Source of the DNA: Octopus sinensis
Taxonomy: Eukaryota
Direction: 5' to 3'
DNA length: 64,000 nucleotides
NCBI RefSeq assembly: GCF_006345805.1
Contig: NC_042999.1
Location: forward strand, 1,302,001 to 1,366,000
The translations under genes were made by a program, and so were the position numbers. How positions within the stretch are numbered: the stretch's first letter is position 1; each line of letters begins with the position of its first letter. Under the pieces are notes generated by a model, which was not told the DNA's origin, did not search any database, and worked only from the letters and a program-made list of their open reading frames with translations. Positions 12,385 to 23,972 of this stretch are shown here, one piece after another.

Positions 12385-13497
12385 GGAGGTGCAATGGCTC
12401 AGTGGTTAGGGCAGCAGACTCACGGTCATAGAATCACAGTTTCGATTCCCAGAAAGGGCGTAGTGAGTGTTTATTAAGCGAAAACACCTAAAAGTCCACG
12501 AGGCTCCGGCAGAGGGTTGTGGTGAACCCTGCTGTATTCTTTCACCACAACTTTTTCTCACTCTTTCTTCCTGTTTCTGTTGTACCTGTATTTCAAAGGG
12601 CCAGCCTTGTCACACTCTGTGTCACATGGAATCTCTCCAAGAACTGCGTTAAGGGTTACAGGTGTCTGTGGGACTCTCAGCCACTTACACGTTAATTTCA
12701 CAAGCAGGCTGTTCCGTTGATCAGATCAACTGGAACCCTTGTCATCATAACTGACAGAATGCTCCTAGTGGAGGTGCAATGGACCAGTGATTAAAGTAAT
12801 GGACTCGTGGTCGTAGGATCATGGTTTCGATTTCCAGACCAGGCATTGTGAGTGCTTATTGAGTGAAAACACCTAAAGCTCCACAAGGCTCTGGCAGGGG
12901 TTGCTGGCAAACCCTGCTGTACTCTTTCACCACAACTTTCTCTCACTCTTTCTTCCTGTTTCTGTTGTACCTGTATTTCAAATGGGCCAGCTTTATCACA
13001 CTTTGTGTCATGCTGAATCTCCCTCGAGAACTACGTTAAGGGTATATGTGTCTGTGGAGTGCTCAGCTACTTGAATGTTATTTCATGAGCAGGCTGTTCT
13101 GTTGATTGGATCAACTGGAAGAGATGCATTGGCCCAGTGGTTAGGGCAGTGGACTCGTGGTTGAAGGATCGCAGTTTCGATTCCCAGACCAAACGTGAGT
13201 GTTTATTGAGCGAAAACACTTAAAGCTCCAGGAGGCTCCCTCAGGGGTTGTGGTGAACCCTGCTGTATTCTTTCATCACAATTTTCTCTCCCTCTTTCTT
13301 CTGGTTTCTGTCGTGCCTGTATTTCAAAGGGGGCCAGATTTGTCACACTCTGTGTCACTCTGAATCTCTCCAAGAACTACATTAAGAGTACACACGTCTG
13401 TGGAATACTCAGCAACTTGCATGTTAATTCAACGAGCAGGCTGTTCCGTTGATCGCATCAACTGGAACCCTCGTTGTCGTAGCCGACGGAGCACCAT
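12385..13497 (+). mobile_element. Three tandem full-length SINE-C copies
   Basis: Units of about 370 bp at 12385, 12768 and 13122, with tRNA-like heads (GCAATGG..CAGTG.TTA...GTTTCGATT.CC) and a shared body. Confidence 0.85.
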
Positions 13498-13599
13498 GAC
13501 TTTGTGTGTGTGTTAGTACATCACCTGTGAGTATTTGATTGACATGGTTGCATTATTTCTCCAGTGGTCTGCATTATTTTTTTTTTTTATTGAATAGGT

Positions 13600-13860
13600 A
13601 TGATTATTCGTAAGTCTTGTCCAGGAACTGGCAAAGGGATCAGTAATGACCCCTTGGCTATTGTTTTTTTAAGGTGTCGAGAAACACCTGAAATGATTAG
13701 GAGTAAAGTGACAAATGTACAGTACAAACTTGGTTTTATACCTGTCCCAGCTTAAGGGTAAGTTCATGCTGTAGCACCAGCAGTGCTATAGGATGTCTTT
13801 ACATCTCTTAAGTTTGTGAAGACATCCCCCATCTAAGTAGTACTAGGTGCAATATTATGT
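13600..13860. repeat. Diverged duplicate unit, copy 1 (partner at 14517-14770)
   Basis: GAGAAACACCTGAAATGATT.GGAGTAAAGTGAC...CTAGGTGCAATATT shared by both copies. Confidence 0.8.
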
Positions 13861-13864
13861 TAGA

Positions 13865-14510
13865 TGTCGGCGGCGAACCAGCAGAAACGTTAGCACGGTG
13901 GGCGAAACGCTTACTCTTTTACTTGTTTCAGTCATGTGACTGTGGCCATGCTGGAGCACCGCCTTTAGTAGAGCAAATCGACCACAGGACGGCTCCAGAT
14001 CTTTGTAAGCCCAGTACTTATTCTATTGGTCTCTTTTGCCGAACCGCTAAGTTACGGGGACGTAAACACACCAGCATCGGTTGTCAAGCGATGTTGGGGG
14101 GACAAACGCAGACACACACACACACACACATACATACATATATATATACATATATACGATGGGCTTCTTTCGGTTTCCATCTACCAAATCCACTCACAAG
14201 GCTTTGGTCAGCCCAAGGCTACAGTAGAAGACACTTACTCAAGGTGTCACACAGTGGGACTGAACCTGGAATCATGTGGTTCGTAAGCAAGCTACATACC
14301 ACACAGCCATTCCTACGCCTATAAACTATCGCCTGCTTAGCCGTATTTCATCTGTCTTTACATTCTGAGTTCAAATTCCACCACGGTCGACTTTGCCTTT
14401 CATCCTTTTGGGGTCAATAAATTAAGTACCAGTTTTGTACTAGGGATCGCTCTAATCAACTGGCCCCCACTCACAAAATTTCAGGCCTTTTGCCTAGAGT
14501 AGTAAAGAAT
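13865..14510. mobile_element. SINE-B (+) split by a young SINE-A (-) at 13915-14320
   Basis: SINE-B head ends at ...GAAACGCTTA and resumes at GCTTAGCCGTATTTC after the SINE-A. Confidence 0.8.
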
Positions 14511-14516
14511 ATTATG

Positions 14517-14770
14517 GTAGAAGCTCAGAATTATTAGTCTTGTGTCTAAAGTCAAGAGTGACCCTTGAAGTATATTGGTTACCTAAAGGGTTGAGAAACA
14601 CCTGAAATGATTTGGAGTAAAGTGACGAAAATATAGCACAAACTTAGTTTTTTACCGGTCGCAGCTTAAGAGTAAGGCCATGCAGTAGCACCAGCAGCAC
14701 TATAGTTTGTGCTTACATCTCTTAAGTTTCTGAAGACACCCCACTTCTGAGTAGTTCTAGGTGCAATATT
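14517..14770. repeat. Diverged duplicate unit, copy 2
   Basis: See 13600-13860; a further unit start (GTAGAAG..CAGAATTATT) follows at about 14774. Confidence 0.8.
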
Positions 14771-15147
14771 ATTGTAGAAGACCAGAATTATTGGCTTTGT
14801 ATCTAAATTTTGGGTCAATAAATTTACCAGTTGTGTACTGGGGTTGATCTAAACGACTGGCCCCCTCCCCAAGAATTCCTGGCTTTGTGCCTAGATCAGA
14901 GACGAATATTATTAAGGCAGTGAGCAGTCAGAATCGTTAGCACATCAGGTGAAATGCTTAGCGGCATTTTATCTCCCACTACGTTCTGAGTTCAAATTCC
15001 ACTGAGGTCAACTTTGCCTTTCATCCTTTCAGGGTTGATAAATTAAGTACCAGCTGCGTACTGGGGTCGATGTAATCGACTATCCCCATCAGCCAAATTT
15101 CAGGCCTTGTGCCTATAGTAATAAGGATTATTAATATTATTATTACT

Positions 15148-15443
15148 AAAGTCTTAGCAGATAGGAAAGCAGACAAATCACAAATCCCATCAGGTAGAAT
15201 GGCCCTGCTCAATCTGCAGAAAAGGAAGAGGTAGAGACTCCATAAGATGTACCCAGTGTAATCTATGGACACATAAGAAGTGCAGAAATATCAGAGGAAG
15301 GTTGAGAGGAAAAATAACTTTAGTGTGTGGAAGATGCACAGGTCCAATAAACACCGGATATGTACAGAAAATAGACTCCATCACCTGCCAGTGGGGCAAG
15401 CTAGAGGTAGGAGATAGGGTCCATTATCTAGGTGACCAAGTTA
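15148..15443 (+). mobile_element. RTE-type LINE internal fragment with C4HC3 PHD finger
   Basis: CSIC..CTQCNLWTHKKC..VCGRC then KLEVGDRVHYLGDQV, which resembles the RT-terminal (Y/F)xYLG motif; one frameshift. Confidence 0.75.
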
Positions 15444-16036
15444 ACTTCTTCAGTAAATCAGTGGTTTTTTTTTTTTCGGTCATTTGGCTACGGCCAGGCT
15501 GGAGCACCGCCTTTAGTTGAACAAATTGACTCTAGGACTTTATCTTTGTAAGACTAGTGCTTATTCTATTGGTCTCTTTTGTCGAACCGCTAAGTTACAG
15601 GGATGTACACACACCAACATCAGTTGTCAAGCGATGGTGGCATGGACAAACACAGACACACAAATACATACATACATATACAACGAGCTTTCTCCAGCCT
15701 CTCTCCACCAAATCCATTTGCAAAGCTTTGGTTGATCCAAGGCCATAGTAGAAGACACTTGCCCAAGGTGCCATGCAGTGGGACTGAACCCGCAACCACC
15801 TGGTTGGTAAGCAAGTTACTTACTACACAGCAACTCCTCTACACCTATATATATATATATATATATATATATAAGTTCAGCAAAAATTTAGATTCAGTTG
15901 AATATGGTACTTAAGTTAAAGGCACCAGAATTTGGTATGGTATTATCCATATAAATCAAATGGGGCATTTAATAAAATGAAGTAGCATGAAACGATTGTA
16001 CTACACTACCTTTGAATGTCCTTGTTGCTTATTTTG

Positions 16037-16115
<79 letters not shown>

Positions 16116-16893
16116 GCGACAGGCTTCTTACAGATTCCGTCTACCAAATCCACTCACAAAGCATTGATCAGTCTGAGGCTATAGTAGAAGACACTTGCCT
16201 AAGGTTCCATGCAGTGGGAGTGAACCCAGAACCATGTAATTTTGATAAGCAAGCTTCTTACCACACAGCCACTCCTGCACCTACATTGGCACCACAGTGA
16301 TACTAAAAATAACCACAACCGAAAGGAGACAAACATTGACAGGTGATACAAATGTGTTTGTAAGAAAAAGTTTTACCAATTAAACAGTGTCTGTCTGTCT
16401 CGAAAATGTTTTGCTTACATTCTACATATGTAAGGTGGGAATAATATTAAATTGTAGAAGTAAGATAGATTCATGTCTTGTTGTGTTTGGGCTATCAGAT
16501 GGTCAGTGTGGTAGTGTTTTCTTAATTCTGATGGAGAAAACTTGTTCGAGTGATGCAACATTGTAATTCCATTCTGCTGCGTATCGTTAGGCAACTAATT
16601 GGCTGTCTCTCTTCATCTTCTTTTATTCTGCTAGCATCGTGGGAGAGATACGATTTGAGAAGTAGAGCTGCATGCAAAGTCTTTGTAGTATCATTTTTAT
16701 GACTAAAATAGATCTAATCATTTTAATAGGTACAGGAATGGCTGTGCGATTAAGATGCTTGATTTGGAACCCTGGGGTTTCGAGTTCCATCACCTGACTC
16801 TCACGACATGGGCAGTTGATATCTTCTACTATTATTGTTGGTAGCCAATGCCTTGTAAGTGAAAGTAGGTAAACAGAAATTGAAAGAAGCTTG

Positions 16894-16924
<31 letters not shown>

Positions 16925-17707
16925 ACACACTGTATCTTGTGAAGTAAAGTATTTGTGCGAATGAAAATAAAAAATATTTGCAAAAATAAAATGAGGACTC
17001 AGATTTGGTTAACCATTTAAAAAGAGGACAGTTGGATTGTCGATAATCACCATCCTTTAACGTCCGCTATCCATGCTTGCATGGGTTGGACGATTTGACT
17101 GGGAACTGGTGAGCCAGATAGCTGCACCAGGTTCCAATCTTGATCTGGCAGAGTTTCTACAGCTGGATGCCCTTCCTAACGCCAACAACTCCAAGAGTGT
17201 AGTGGGTGCTTTTACGTGCCACTTGAATGCTTTTCCAGTGGGCCACTGGCGTAAGTGCCAGTAAGGCGACATTGGTAATGATCACACTCAAATGGTGCTT
17301 TTTACGTCCCCACCAGCATGGAAGCCAGACAGCTAATCTGGCAGTGATCCCGCTTGGAATTAAAAATAAGGTGAATCTATATATGCAGAATGTTAGTCGG
17401 AACAGTCTAAAAATTCACTGATATTTGTGATTTGCAATTTACGATGCTCATTAACTTACAAGTTATATATAGAAGGTTAATAGGTTTGAATGCAATGTTA
17501 AGCCCGTTAATCACTTAGATACCAAAGTATAAGGAAGTTTATGCTTAGACTTTAAGTTGATCAAATCTAACCAAAGTGCAATAAAATTTTTTTATTATTT
17601 TACTAAGGCAAGTCAATGTTTGTAAGATCAGTTTCTCTCCTATCTACTTTTTAAAAAAACTTAAACGAAGCTAAACACTTATGCCTACATTTATTGTTTG
17701 TTCCTTC

Positions 17708-17995
17708 TCAAGCCATGCCTGGCTCATAAGGGCTGGTTTCCCGGTTTCCTTGATATATAGGTTCCCCACCTAGATGGGACACTGGTCCGTCACAGGTGAG
17801 CTGCAAGATGCAGGAGGAAAGAGTGAGAGAAAGTTGTGGCGAAAGAGTCAGCAGAAGTTCGCCATTACCTTCTGCCGGAGCCACGTGGAGCTTAGGTGTT
17901 TCGCTCATAAACACACACATCGCCTGGTCTGAGATTCAAACCCACGATCCCTCGACTGCGAGTCCACTGCTCTAACCACTAGGCCACATGCCTCC
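17708..17995 (-). mobile_element. Chimeric SINE (C-type head, D-type 3' end)
   Basis: C head and body joined to GGGAAACC..CCC.T.AGCC tail; similar chimeras at 18611-18905 and 55988-56250. Confidence 0.7.
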
Positions 17996-19019
17996 ACACA
18001 CAATTATATCGCCTGAGATTTTATTAATTAAAATTGTCCTGTCTGTACAAAGCCTTGTGAGTGGATTTGGTAGATAAAATGAAAGAAGCCTGTCATATGT
18101 GGGTGTGGGTATGCTTCTCTTCCACGACCACTCGGCAACCAGTGTTGGTGTGTTTACATCCCCTTAACTTAACAGTTCAGCAAAAAACCAACAGAACCAG
18201 TACCAGGTACTGAGGTGAATTCGTTCATCAAAAACTCCTCAATGCAGTGCCCCAGCATGGCCTCAATCTACTAACTGAAATAATTAAAAGATAACAGCTA
18301 AAAGATAATCCATAATGTAGAATGTGCCATTTGTGAGGTAATTGCCTTAAAAACAGACACAAAGATCCGATGTATTATAAACAGTAATCTTTTTAGCTGT
18401 TAATCTGACACCCGGTTGACATAATCTGCTGCAATTCCATTAGAATGAGACAACAGATTAACACAATATTCTATGAGTTGAGAATCTTTTATCTTTTACT
18501 TATTTGTCATTAGACTGCGGCCATGCTGGAGCACCGCCCTGATGAATTTTTACTTTAATTACTTTTTTTTAAATTCCCCTTTCTTTTAAAGCCTGGTACT
18601 TATTCTATCGTGGAGGCACAATGGCCCTGTGGTTAGGGCAGCAGACTCGTGGTCGGAGGATCGTGGTTTCGATTCCCAGACCGAGCGTTGAGTGTGTTTA
18701 TTGAGAAAAAACACCTAAAAGCTCCACAAGGCTCAGGCAGGGGGTGGTTGTGACCCCTGTTGTACTCTTTTGCTACAATTTTCTCTCACTCTTTCTTCCT
18801 GTTTCTTGAGTAATGCTGCAATAGACTGGCATCCCGTCCAGCTGGGGGGAACACATACACCACAGAAACCAGGAAACTGGGCCCATGACACTGCCTAGGC
18901 TTGAAAAGGGTGGAAAAAAAAAACTTATTCTATCAGTCTCTTTTGCTTAGCTGCTAAATTACAGGGATATAAGCACACCAACGCCGGTTGTTAAGCAGTG
19001 GTAGGGGACAAACACAGAC

Positions 19020-19634
19020 ATAATCTACTTACTGGTATTTATTTTGTCAACCCTTAATGGCTGAAAGGCAAAGCGAACCTCACTTGGGATTTGAACTCAA
19101 ATGTAAATATGAACAAAATGCTGTTTAGCATTTTGTTGAATATGCTAACAGTTCTGCCACCATATAACAAATAATAATAATAATGATAATCCTTTCTGTT
19201 ATAGACACAAAGTCTGAAATTTTGGAAGAGGGTCAGCTGATTAAATTGACCCCAGTTGGTACTTATTCTAGTGACCCTGAAATGAATGACACTCAACCTC
19301 AGCAGAATTTGAACTCATAACGTAAGGACGGATGACATACCACAAAGCATTTTGCCTGGCATACTAACAACTCTGCCAGCTTGCCGCCTTAATAATAATA
19401 ATAATAATGATGATGATGATGATGATAATCTTTTCTGGTTTAAGCCCGAAATTTTGGGGGAGGGGGCCAGTCGATTAGATTGACTCCAGTATGCAACTGG
19501 TACTTAATTTATTGACCCCGAAAGAATGAAAGGCAAAGTCGACCTGAGTGGAATTTGAACTCAGAACGTAAAGACAGATGAAATACCACAAAGCATTTCG
19601 CCCAGCATGCTAACGTTTCTGCCATCTTGCTGCC

Positions 19635-19716
<82 letters not shown>

Positions 19717-19920
19717 CTTTTCTGGTTTAAGCACAAGGCCTGAAATTTTGGGGGAGGTGGGGGCAGTCAATTAGATCAACTCCAGTATGCAACTGGTACT
19801 TAATTTATTGACCCAGAAAGGATGAAAGGCAAAGTTAACCTCTGTTGAATTTGAACTCAGAACATAAAGATGAAATACCGCAAAGCATTTCGCCCAGCAT
19901 GCTAACATTTCTGCCTTAAT
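19020..19920 (-). mobile_element. Array of four head-to-tail SINE-B copies separated by (TAA)n
   Basis: Units at about 19020, 19200, 19400 and 19700, each bounded by (AAT)n runs. Confidence 0.8.
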
Positions 19921-20059
19921 AATAATAATAATAATGATGATAATAATAATAATCTAAAAGAAACATTTTTTTTTTTTTTCTAACAAAGAACTTAACAGAA
20001 TCTTTTAGTCACAGATCTTCCACTTTATTCTTTAATAATTTTCCTGCACCAAATATTTT

Positions 20060-20190
20060 CCGAACGCAATAGAATCTGTCCGATAACAAAACTATAATGA
20101 CACGTCAAGTGGCGGAGAGCCACGTAATGTAATTTAAACTGCTCAGAAATAAGGAACTTCATTTATTTGGCAATCAAGTCATATCAAAGC
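20060..20190 (+). promoter_or_regulatory. Candidate promoter with bZIP (CREB3/XBP1/ATF6-type) sites
   Basis: CpG-enriched unique DNA; TGACACGTCA at 20098-20107 and GCCACGTA at 20119-20126, directly upstream of an ATG and a GTGAGT donor. Confidence 0.45.
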
Positions 20191-20250
20191 ATGGAGTTCT
20201 TTAAGCCAGCCGACAGTCATTTTCTTGAACTCTGGAGAGTCGCCAGCTTT
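20191..20250 (+). CDS. Candidate first exon, ORF MEFFKPADSHFLELWRVASF (product unknown; may be a uORF or lncRNA exon)
   Basis: ATG, 20 open codons, donor TTT|GTGAGT. Confidence 0.35.
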
Positions 20251-20751
20251 GTGAGTAGAAACTAATCAAGCAGTCAGAAGATTTGGACCTGAGATGATTA
20301 GATTATTGGTGAAAGGTTAATTAATAAACAAGGGGAAAACACTTCAGATGGGAAAGCAAGGAAGCCTTCCTCTACCACCCACTTGTGGCATCTACCAAAC
20401 TCCTACCATTCTGCTTCTTCAGTTTTCTGTGTTAGTAATGCAAAGACCAGCAACTTATTGTTGTTTTTGATAATTTATGGTTGAGGCCTAATGAGATTGT
20501 GATCTTAGAAAAGTGACCTTTGACATATTATAAAGTAAATATTGTACATCGATGGCCTTCAATGGGGGCTCTCGATCAGGGTCCACATGACCTTTGAGGG
20601 TTCCATATAAGAGTTTCTTGTTAAAGTTTAAGTTCCATTTATTGGTTATATTTCTACAAAATAAAAAAATATATTTAAACAATTTTTTAAAAGAAGAGGA
20701 AAACACTTCAGATGGGAAAGCAAGAAAGTCTTCCTCTACCACCTACTTGTG

Positions 20752-21080
20752 GGAGGCTGTGGTAAGTAGCTTGCTTACCAACCACATGGTTCTGTGTTCC
20801 ATGGCACCTTGGGCAAGTGTCTTCTGCTATAGCCTCGGGCCAACCAAAGCCTTGGGAATGGATTTGGTAGATGGAAACTGAAAGAAGCCCCTCGTATACA
20901 CATATATATGTGTGTATGTGTCTCTTTGTTTCTCTCCTTGTTTCTTTGTGTCCATTTCTGTGGAAGAGCGTAGGCTCAAAATGCAAAATACTTTTTCTAT
21001 TCCTGAGCGTTATACTAATAGATCTGTTTGTTTTCTACACCACCTGTCTTCGTTTTTTGTTTTTTCGTTAATTCTCCCCC

Positions 21081-21111
<31 letters not shown>

Positions 21112-21295
21112 ATGTTTGTGTGTGTGCCCCCACCCACATCGATTGACAACCAATGCTGGTGTGTTTATGTCCCCATAACTTAGTGGTTCAGCAAAAGAGA
21201 TTGATAGAATAAGTGCTAGGCTTACAAAGAATTGAAGACTAAAGGCGGTGCTCCAGCATGGCCACAGTGAAAATGACTGAAACAAATCAAAGAAT
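20752..21295 (+). mobile_element. SINE-A with a P3 fragment nested in its internal microsatellite
   Basis: Head GGCTGTGGTAAGTAGCTTGC, core CTTGGGCAAGTGTCTT, tail GACTGAAACAA; P3 piece at 20900-21085. Confidence 0.8.
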
Positions 21296-21332
21296 ACAGT
21301 TTACTGATTCTTTCAGTTTTACTTTGAAACAG

Positions 21333-21374
21333 CCTAGGCTGAAGGATCCTGATGAAACTGCACTGACCATGACG
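21333..21374 (+). CDS. Candidate exon 2, PRLKDPDETALTMT
   Basis: Acceptor TTTTACTTTGAAACAG|, donor ACG|GTAGGT; 42 nt, only the frame continuing exon 1 is open. Confidence 0.35.
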
Positions 21375-21504
21375 GTAGGTTGCATATTCTACAGTGTGCA
21401 GTCGCTGCAGTTGATACAAAAATATGCCATAAATAACCATTAAATAAATTTATGGATGTGAAAAATCTCCATTCTCTTTATCATTAATAATAATATTCAA
21501 TTAT

Positions 21505-21725
21505 AAAAGTATTCTTTTATTTGTTGCAGTCATTTGATTGTGGCCCTGCAGGAAAACCACCTTTAGTCAAACAAGTCAACCCCAGGACTTATTCTTTGGA
21601 AGCCTAGTGCTTATGCTATCGATCCCTTTTGTTGGACCCCTAAGTTACAAGGACATAAACACACCAGCATTAGTTGTCAAGTGATGGTGGGTGAGGGCAT
21701 ACACACACACACATACATACACATG

Positions 21726-21764
<39 letters not shown>

Positions 21765-21900
21765 GGCTTCTTTCAGTTTCTGTCAACCAAATCTACTCAG
21801 AAGGCTTTGGTCGGCCCAAGGTGCCAAGCAGCGGAACTGAACTTGGAACCATGTGGTTGGTAAGCAAGCTATTTACCACACAGCCACTCTTACACCTATA
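21505..21900 (-). mobile_element. SINE-A, inverted relative to 20752-21295
   Basis: Reverse-complement SINE-A tail, body and head. Confidence 0.8.
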
Positions 21901-22357
21901 TGTATGTATGTATATATATATATATACATACACACACACACACACACAACGGGCTTCTTTCAGTTTCTGTCTACCAAATCCATTCACAAGGCTTTGGTCG
22001 GCATGAGGCTATAGTAGAAGGTGCCATGCAGTGCGACTGAACCCGGCACTATGTGGCTGGTAAGCAAGCTACTTACTACACAGCCACTCCTGTACCTAAA
22101 GAGGATTTTTTTAAACATCAAATTGTTATGGTGGCCCAGCAGAGTATAATGGGAATCTAAAGAGGCCATAGGTAAAAAATGGTTAAAATTTCTGGTCTGC
22201 AAGTTAAGACTTATATGCATAAGTATTAAATTTGGGGAATGGCATGCAAAAAATAATAAAATCTGGAAGAATATAAATTAAACATCAGTAAAATATGGAG
22301 AAATAATCTGAACTTTTAAATGTTTCAGACAACTTAGAATCATAAAACTTATTTTAA

Positions 22358-22595
22358 CCCATTCGTGCCTATCGTCTGTTTAAACTGACCCTAAATTTAT
22401 AAGGGTATAAAACTTGATACAAATTGTGATTTGTGTATGATCTGTATCAAGGAATGTAACGTGTTCTTAATGTGTATGCAGTCTCTATCAAACGGGTTTC
22501 AATGAAATTTTTTTCAGTTGTTCTTTAGGTCAAAATAATAGTATTTGTGAATTTTCAGGCAATTTCATTCACTAGAAAAATTTCGGCAAAATGGG
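22358..22595. mobile_element. piggyBac-type MITE
   Basis: TTAA|CCCATT ... AATGGG|TTAA. Confidence 0.6.
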
Positions 22596-22619
22596 TTAAA
22601 TCTTAAAAAGAAAATCAAT

Positions 22620-22875
22620 AATAAATTTCGTTTGGGATTTGGTTTGCAAGATTTTTTATATGAGTTCGCGTGTTGAAGCATATTCTGTTGTGTCTGGGGA
22701 GAGTCATTTTCTTTTTGTGCCTTATAATTTAACACACTCAAGACTATCGAAAAGTTTGCAAGATGTAACGAAAATTTTATGAAAATAAAAATAAGAAATA
22801 AGTGGAAATTTTACTGGTGAGTGTGTTAAATTATAAGGCACAAAAAGAAAATGATTCTCCCCAGACACAACATAA
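22620..22875. mobile_element. Repeat with 55-bp inverted arms (Penelope-like or MITE-like)
   Basis: TGTTGTGTCTGGGGAGA.TCATTTTCTTTTTGTGCCTTATAATTTAACACACTCA and its reverse complement, one mismatch. Confidence 0.6.
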
Positions 22876-22905
22876 TAATAAATTACTTGTTGTCTTGTTT
22901 ATCAG

Positions 22906-22984
22906 AGACAAGCATAATTTTCATTCCGTGGCTGAATGAGATTGTCAAAGTAGTATAAAAGCAACTAACTGAAAAAAATATGGT
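22906..22984 (+). other. Candidate exon with stops in all three frames (non-coding)
   Basis: Acceptor TTGTTGTCTTGTTTATCAG|, donor GGT|GTGAGT. Confidence 0.3.
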
Positions 22985-23692
22985 GTGAGTTGGACTGTAC
23001 AGATGCTAATACTGTTATGTACAAAATAACCCAATCTATAAAAAAAAAAGATATGGTTATGGTTGTGTGGTAAAAAAAACTTGCTTCCTTACCACATGGT
23101 TCTGGGTTCAGTCCCACTGCATGGCACCCTGAGTGTGTTCTGATATAGCCTCAGGGTGACCAAAGCTTTGCGAGTGGATCCGACAGACAGAAATTGTAAA
23201 ACATCTTGTTGAATATATACAGGAGTGGCTGTGTAGTAAGTAGCTTGCTTACCAACTACACGGTTCTGGGTTCAGTCCCACTACATGGAACATTGGGCCA
23301 GTGTCTTCTACTATAACCTCGGGCCAACCAAAGCCTTGTGTATGGATTTGATAGATGGAAACTGAAAGAAGCTCGTCGTGTATGTATGTATGTATATGTT
23401 TGTGTGTCTGTGTTTGTCCCCCACCATCACTTGACAACCAATGTTGATGTGTTCATGTCCCTGTAACTTAGCAGTTTGGCAAAAGACACTGATAGAGTAA
23501 GTACTAGGCTTTCAAAGAATAAGTCCTGAAGTCGATTTGCTCACTAGGGGATGGTAGGGGTGCGCTCCTCTGTTCAAAATTTTATCGGATGCACCTGTGC
23601 ATCATTGACTAACTAGGAGATGGCCTCTTGGAGTTAAAGAATCGCAGTACAGTCCGCTCAAATTGACAGCAATGTTAAAGTGGCTACAAATA

Positions 23693-23734
<42 letters not shown>

Positions 23735-23743
<9 letters not shown>

Positions 23744-23924
23744 TGTGGTTATAGTATATTCTGTTAAGAACATAGTACAGTACAGAATAAAGCTTGTCCA
23801 CCTTCAGATTTCACCCTGTGCTATACAGTACTAGTATTACACGTACTTCAATGTTTGTGTTTGGTGTTTGGACTTCTATCATGAGTGAATAGATAACTGA
23901 AAAAAAATTGGAGTCAACAAGAAT

Positions 23925-23972
<48 letters not shown>

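Noticed and set aside
13857-14324. 155-aa ORF and many similar recurring ORFs ([28 protein letters not shown])
   Set aside because: Chance frames within SINE-A and RTE 3'UTR copies
19020-19920. Regularly spaced repeats resembling a CRISPR array
   Set aside because: Units are 200-bp SINE copies with microsatellite spacers in eukaryotic DNA; no cas genes
20160-20265. Alternative minus-strand terminal exon STHKAGDSPEFKKMTVGWLKELHALI* followed by AATAAA
   Set aside because: Weak acceptor and no supporting chain of minus-strand exons; plus-strand splice sites are stronger. Not fully excluded without RNA data
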